36,817 nt of DNA from positions 35,175,693 to 35,212,509 of the forward strand of contig NC_068995.1 of the NCBI RefSeq assembly GCF_001194135.2, read 5' to 3'. Each line of letters begins with the position of its first letter. Position 1 is the stretch's first letter. Below the pieces are notes generated by a model that searched no databases, was not told the DNA's origin, and saw only the letters and a list, made by a program, of their open reading frames with translations. Both the position numbers and the translations under genes were made by a program. Of this stretch, positions 33,728 to 36,817 are shown in pieces. This DNA is from Octopus bimaculoides. Its lineage: Eukaryota.

Positions 33728-33768
33728 ATTGGCTGAAATATCGAAATTTCGGAGGTGTGTTTGTCTAG
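33728..33768 (+). CDS. Candidate last coding exon (DWLKYRNFGGVFV*)
   Basis: Strong acceptor ctttcattttcctttgtcgtttag|, phase-1 frame compatible with the previous exon. Confidence 0.22.
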
Positions 33769-34504
33769 TAACGAATTTGAACCTGATACCATTTGGTGGA
33801 AACAGAAGTATGTCGTGAAAACAGAGCAATGCTAGCCGTTTAATAGCCAAAAAAGCTGGTAAATACACTTTTAATTGAAATTCCTTTTATGAAGTGCCAC
33901 ACTTTGGACGCACAATGGCTAGCCGAAAAATAAAATACCTCCACTGTAATTATGGAACTGTATAATTTGAACATAGTTATGGACAAAGTCGCATTTCAGT
34001 TGTGCTTGTGATATTGAACAAAGAACAGCTTCATGACGGTCGTCGTTGTAAGTTGCAACAATCTATCAAATATATATATATATATATCCATCAGAATCGA
34101 AGAGGATGTTTCACTTCTTAAAAATATCATGAAAAAATACTTTTCGAATGAAATCGTGTCTGGGCAATGTTTCTCGATTATATAAAAAGAAAAACCGTTT
34201 GCGTTGTCAAAATTCGCTAAGTATTCCTGTTTATTTCTATGCTTTTCTATCCCTGTTTTAATCGCGCTTTATGAAAAGAAAGGAAAACAATTCTTCGAAG
34301 TCGATTGTATTTTTGACTGAAGCTAATATATTTTTGGTGATAACATAGTGCTGACTTCACTTCGAGAAAACTATATTACCAATTACATAATACGTTTATT
34401 TAAACATCATTTATTATCTATCTTGTTTATATAACAATGCTTTAAACACACACAAAACACGTGTAAACAGGAAGATAAATATTCACATAATCATATAAGA
34501 GTGG

Positions 34505-34675
34505 GTGTCATTCTGATTACCATACATCATGTTATAGAAAACAGAAAATTAAATAATTTGATATATAATGCTGTGCCGTGTTCGTTTCATATCATTTATA
34601 TCTTATGCCATATTTGTCTATCATACTGAGTATTCATCTATCTATACATCCATGAATACATACATATGCATACAC

Positions 34676-34727
<52 letters not shown>

Positions 34728-35581
34728 ACATATATATATATATATATGTGCGTGTGTGTGTGTGGGGGGGGTATAATGTATATATATATATANNNNNNNN
34801 NNNNNNNNNNNNNNNNNNNNNNNNNNNNNNNNNNNNNNNNNNNNNNNNNNNNNNNNNNNNNNNNNNNNNNNNNNNNNNNNNNNNNNNNNNNNNNNNNNNN
34901 NNNNNNNNNNNNNNNNNNNNNNNNNNNNNNNNNNNNNNNNNNNNNNNNNNNNNNNNNNNNNNNNNNNNNNNNNNNNNNNNNNNNNNNNNNNNNNNNNNNN
35001 NNNNNNNNNNNNNNNNNNNNNNNNNNNNNNNNNNNNNNNNNNNNNNNNNNNNNNNNNNNNNNNNNNNNNNNNNNNNNNNNNNNNNNNNNNNNNNNNNNNN
35101 NNNNNNNNNNNNNNNNNNNNNNNNNNNNNNNNNNNNNNNNNNNNNNNNNNNNNNNNNNNNNNNNNNNNNNNNNNNNNNNNNNNNNNNNNNNNNNNNNNNN
35201 NNNNNNNNNNNNNNNNNNNNNNNNNNNNNNNNNNNNNNNNNNNNNNNNNNNNNNNNNNNNNNNNNNNNNNNNNNNNNNNNNNNNNNNNNNNNNNNNNNNN
35301 NNNNNNNNNNNNNNNNNNNNNNNNNNNNNNNNNNNNNNNNNNNNNNNNNNNNNNNNNNNNNNNNNNNNNNNNNNNNNNNNNNNNNGTGTCATTCTGATTA
35401 CCATACATCATGTTATAGAAAACAGAAAATTAAATAATTTGATATATAATGCTGTGCCGTGTTCGTTTCATATCATTTATATCTTATGCCATATTTGTCT
35501 ATCATACTGAGTATTCATCTATCTATACATCCATGAATACATACATATGCATACACACACGCACACACACACACACACACA
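34505..35581. repeat. ~196-bp sequence duplicated on both sides of an assembly gap (34793-35385)
   Basis: 34505-34700 and 35386-35581 read identical by eye. Confidence 0.9.
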
Positions 35582-35592
35582 CAATACACACA

Positions 35593-36817
35593 CAGAGGTT
35601 CGACAAAATAGTGGAGACACCTTCAAATTTTAAACAAATTTATTTTAATATGGGGTAGGACCGCCTTTGGCAGTAATTATTGCTTGAGTTTTACGAGGTA
35701 TGAACTCGTACAAAGTTTCAATTGTTTCCAAAGGAATTTTTGGCCATTGTTCAGCTAAAACAGTCTCCAGTTCTTATAGTGATGATAGTGGAGGATATCG
35801 ACTCCTTACTTGTTTTTCTAATATGCACCATAAGTGTTCAATAATATAGAGGTATGGAGACTGTGGTGGCCAGATAAGATGTTCAACTTCACAAGAATGT
35901 TCCTGGTGCCATTCAGTATCAACTTTAGATGTGTGAATTGGTGCATGATCATCCTGAAAGATTGAGTTTCCCTCCGGAAACAGTTCCGCAAGCATAGGAT
36001 GAATTTGATCAGATTAAATGCTTAAATAGACTTGACTATTAATTCAGCCATGAAGGGAAACCATTGGGCCAGCGGATTTCCAAGATATAGCACCCCCTCC
36101 ACCCAAATAATCATAGATCCCCCTCCATGTTTAACAGTTGGAAGAAGGCAGTCTGGGTCAAATGCTTCTGTTGGCTCTCTCCACACTTATACTCGGCCGG
36201 TGGTCAGAAATAAGGTAAAAGATGAGTAGTCCGAGAAAACAACATTCGTCCACTGCTCTAGGGACCAATTGAGTAGGATTTTATTCTAATCTAAACGCTT
36301 TGCAACGTTTGTTTTTGAAAGTAGTGGTTTTCTGATTGCAGCTCTCTTGTGAAATTCAGCTTTGTACAGCTCCCGGCGAACAGTTTTTGTGGAAAATGGG
36401 TTCTCGAGGTAGGCATTAAGTAATTTTGGGAGCCGTACTTTTGTGATCCTTTCTAACAATTCGTGTATGAGTCCGACTGTCCCTATCTGAAAGTTTTGGT
36501 ATTCTTCCGGAGTTTTGTTTCGACGGGGAGGTTTTTCCCTCTTTCCCATAGGCTGTGATTATTTCCGAGACTGTACTTCTTGATGCACCAAGGATTTCGG
36601 CTATTTTCGTTACGCTAGCACCTGCCATACGAGCACCAACAATTTGACCACTTTGAAAATCAGATAGTTCTGTCATTTTAATGAATTTTAATTACCTTTT
36701 TCTGATGATGTATGAAAAGAAACAGCAATTTTCGTAAAACATATTCAGCAGCACTAATAATAAATCGAAGATCATAAAATTAAACAAGCATTTGACGGTT
36801 TTATAGATATTTCAAAA
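35593..36817 (-). mobile_element. Tc1-family DNA transposon, near full-length, disrupted DD36E transposase (35645-36676)
   Basis: N-terminal HTH MTELSDFQSGQIVGARMAGASVTKIA, GRIPKLSDRD, VVFSDYSSF, FQDDHAPIH...WPPQSPYLYIIEHLW, C-terminus GGPTPY*. TIR cagaggttcgacaaaatagtggagacacc at 35593; the other TIR lies beyond the window. Confidence 0.93.

Overview
AT-rich, microsatellite-dense eukaryotic (animal) genomic DNA with five N-gaps. The SINE and LINE families look like those of octopus/coleoid cephalopods (my recognition, not a database result). There is no intact long ORF; most ORFs in the track are translated microsatellites or gaps. The window is mainly decayed mobile elements: a CR1-like RT with a nested RTE tail, a Ty3/gypsy integrase fragment, a Dong/R4-like LINE, an L1/Tx1 ORF2, two related gag-like ORF1 relics, a mariner 3' end, a near full-length DD36E Tc1-type transposon, and three tRNA-derived SINE families. 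A few short candidate exons suggest a + strand host gene encoding a secreted or single-pass membrane protein (low confidence). The most notable signal is six Penelope-type minimal hammerhead ribozyme-like motifs with palindromic helix III, spread over apparently five different repeat modules. They include a G3:C8 covariant core, a 310-bp foldback whose two arms together rebuild an intact core, and one placed inverted next to a tRNA B-box and a gag-like ORF. A 22-bp pre-miRNA-like hairpin is also present. All motifs were read by eye and none is experimentally supported.
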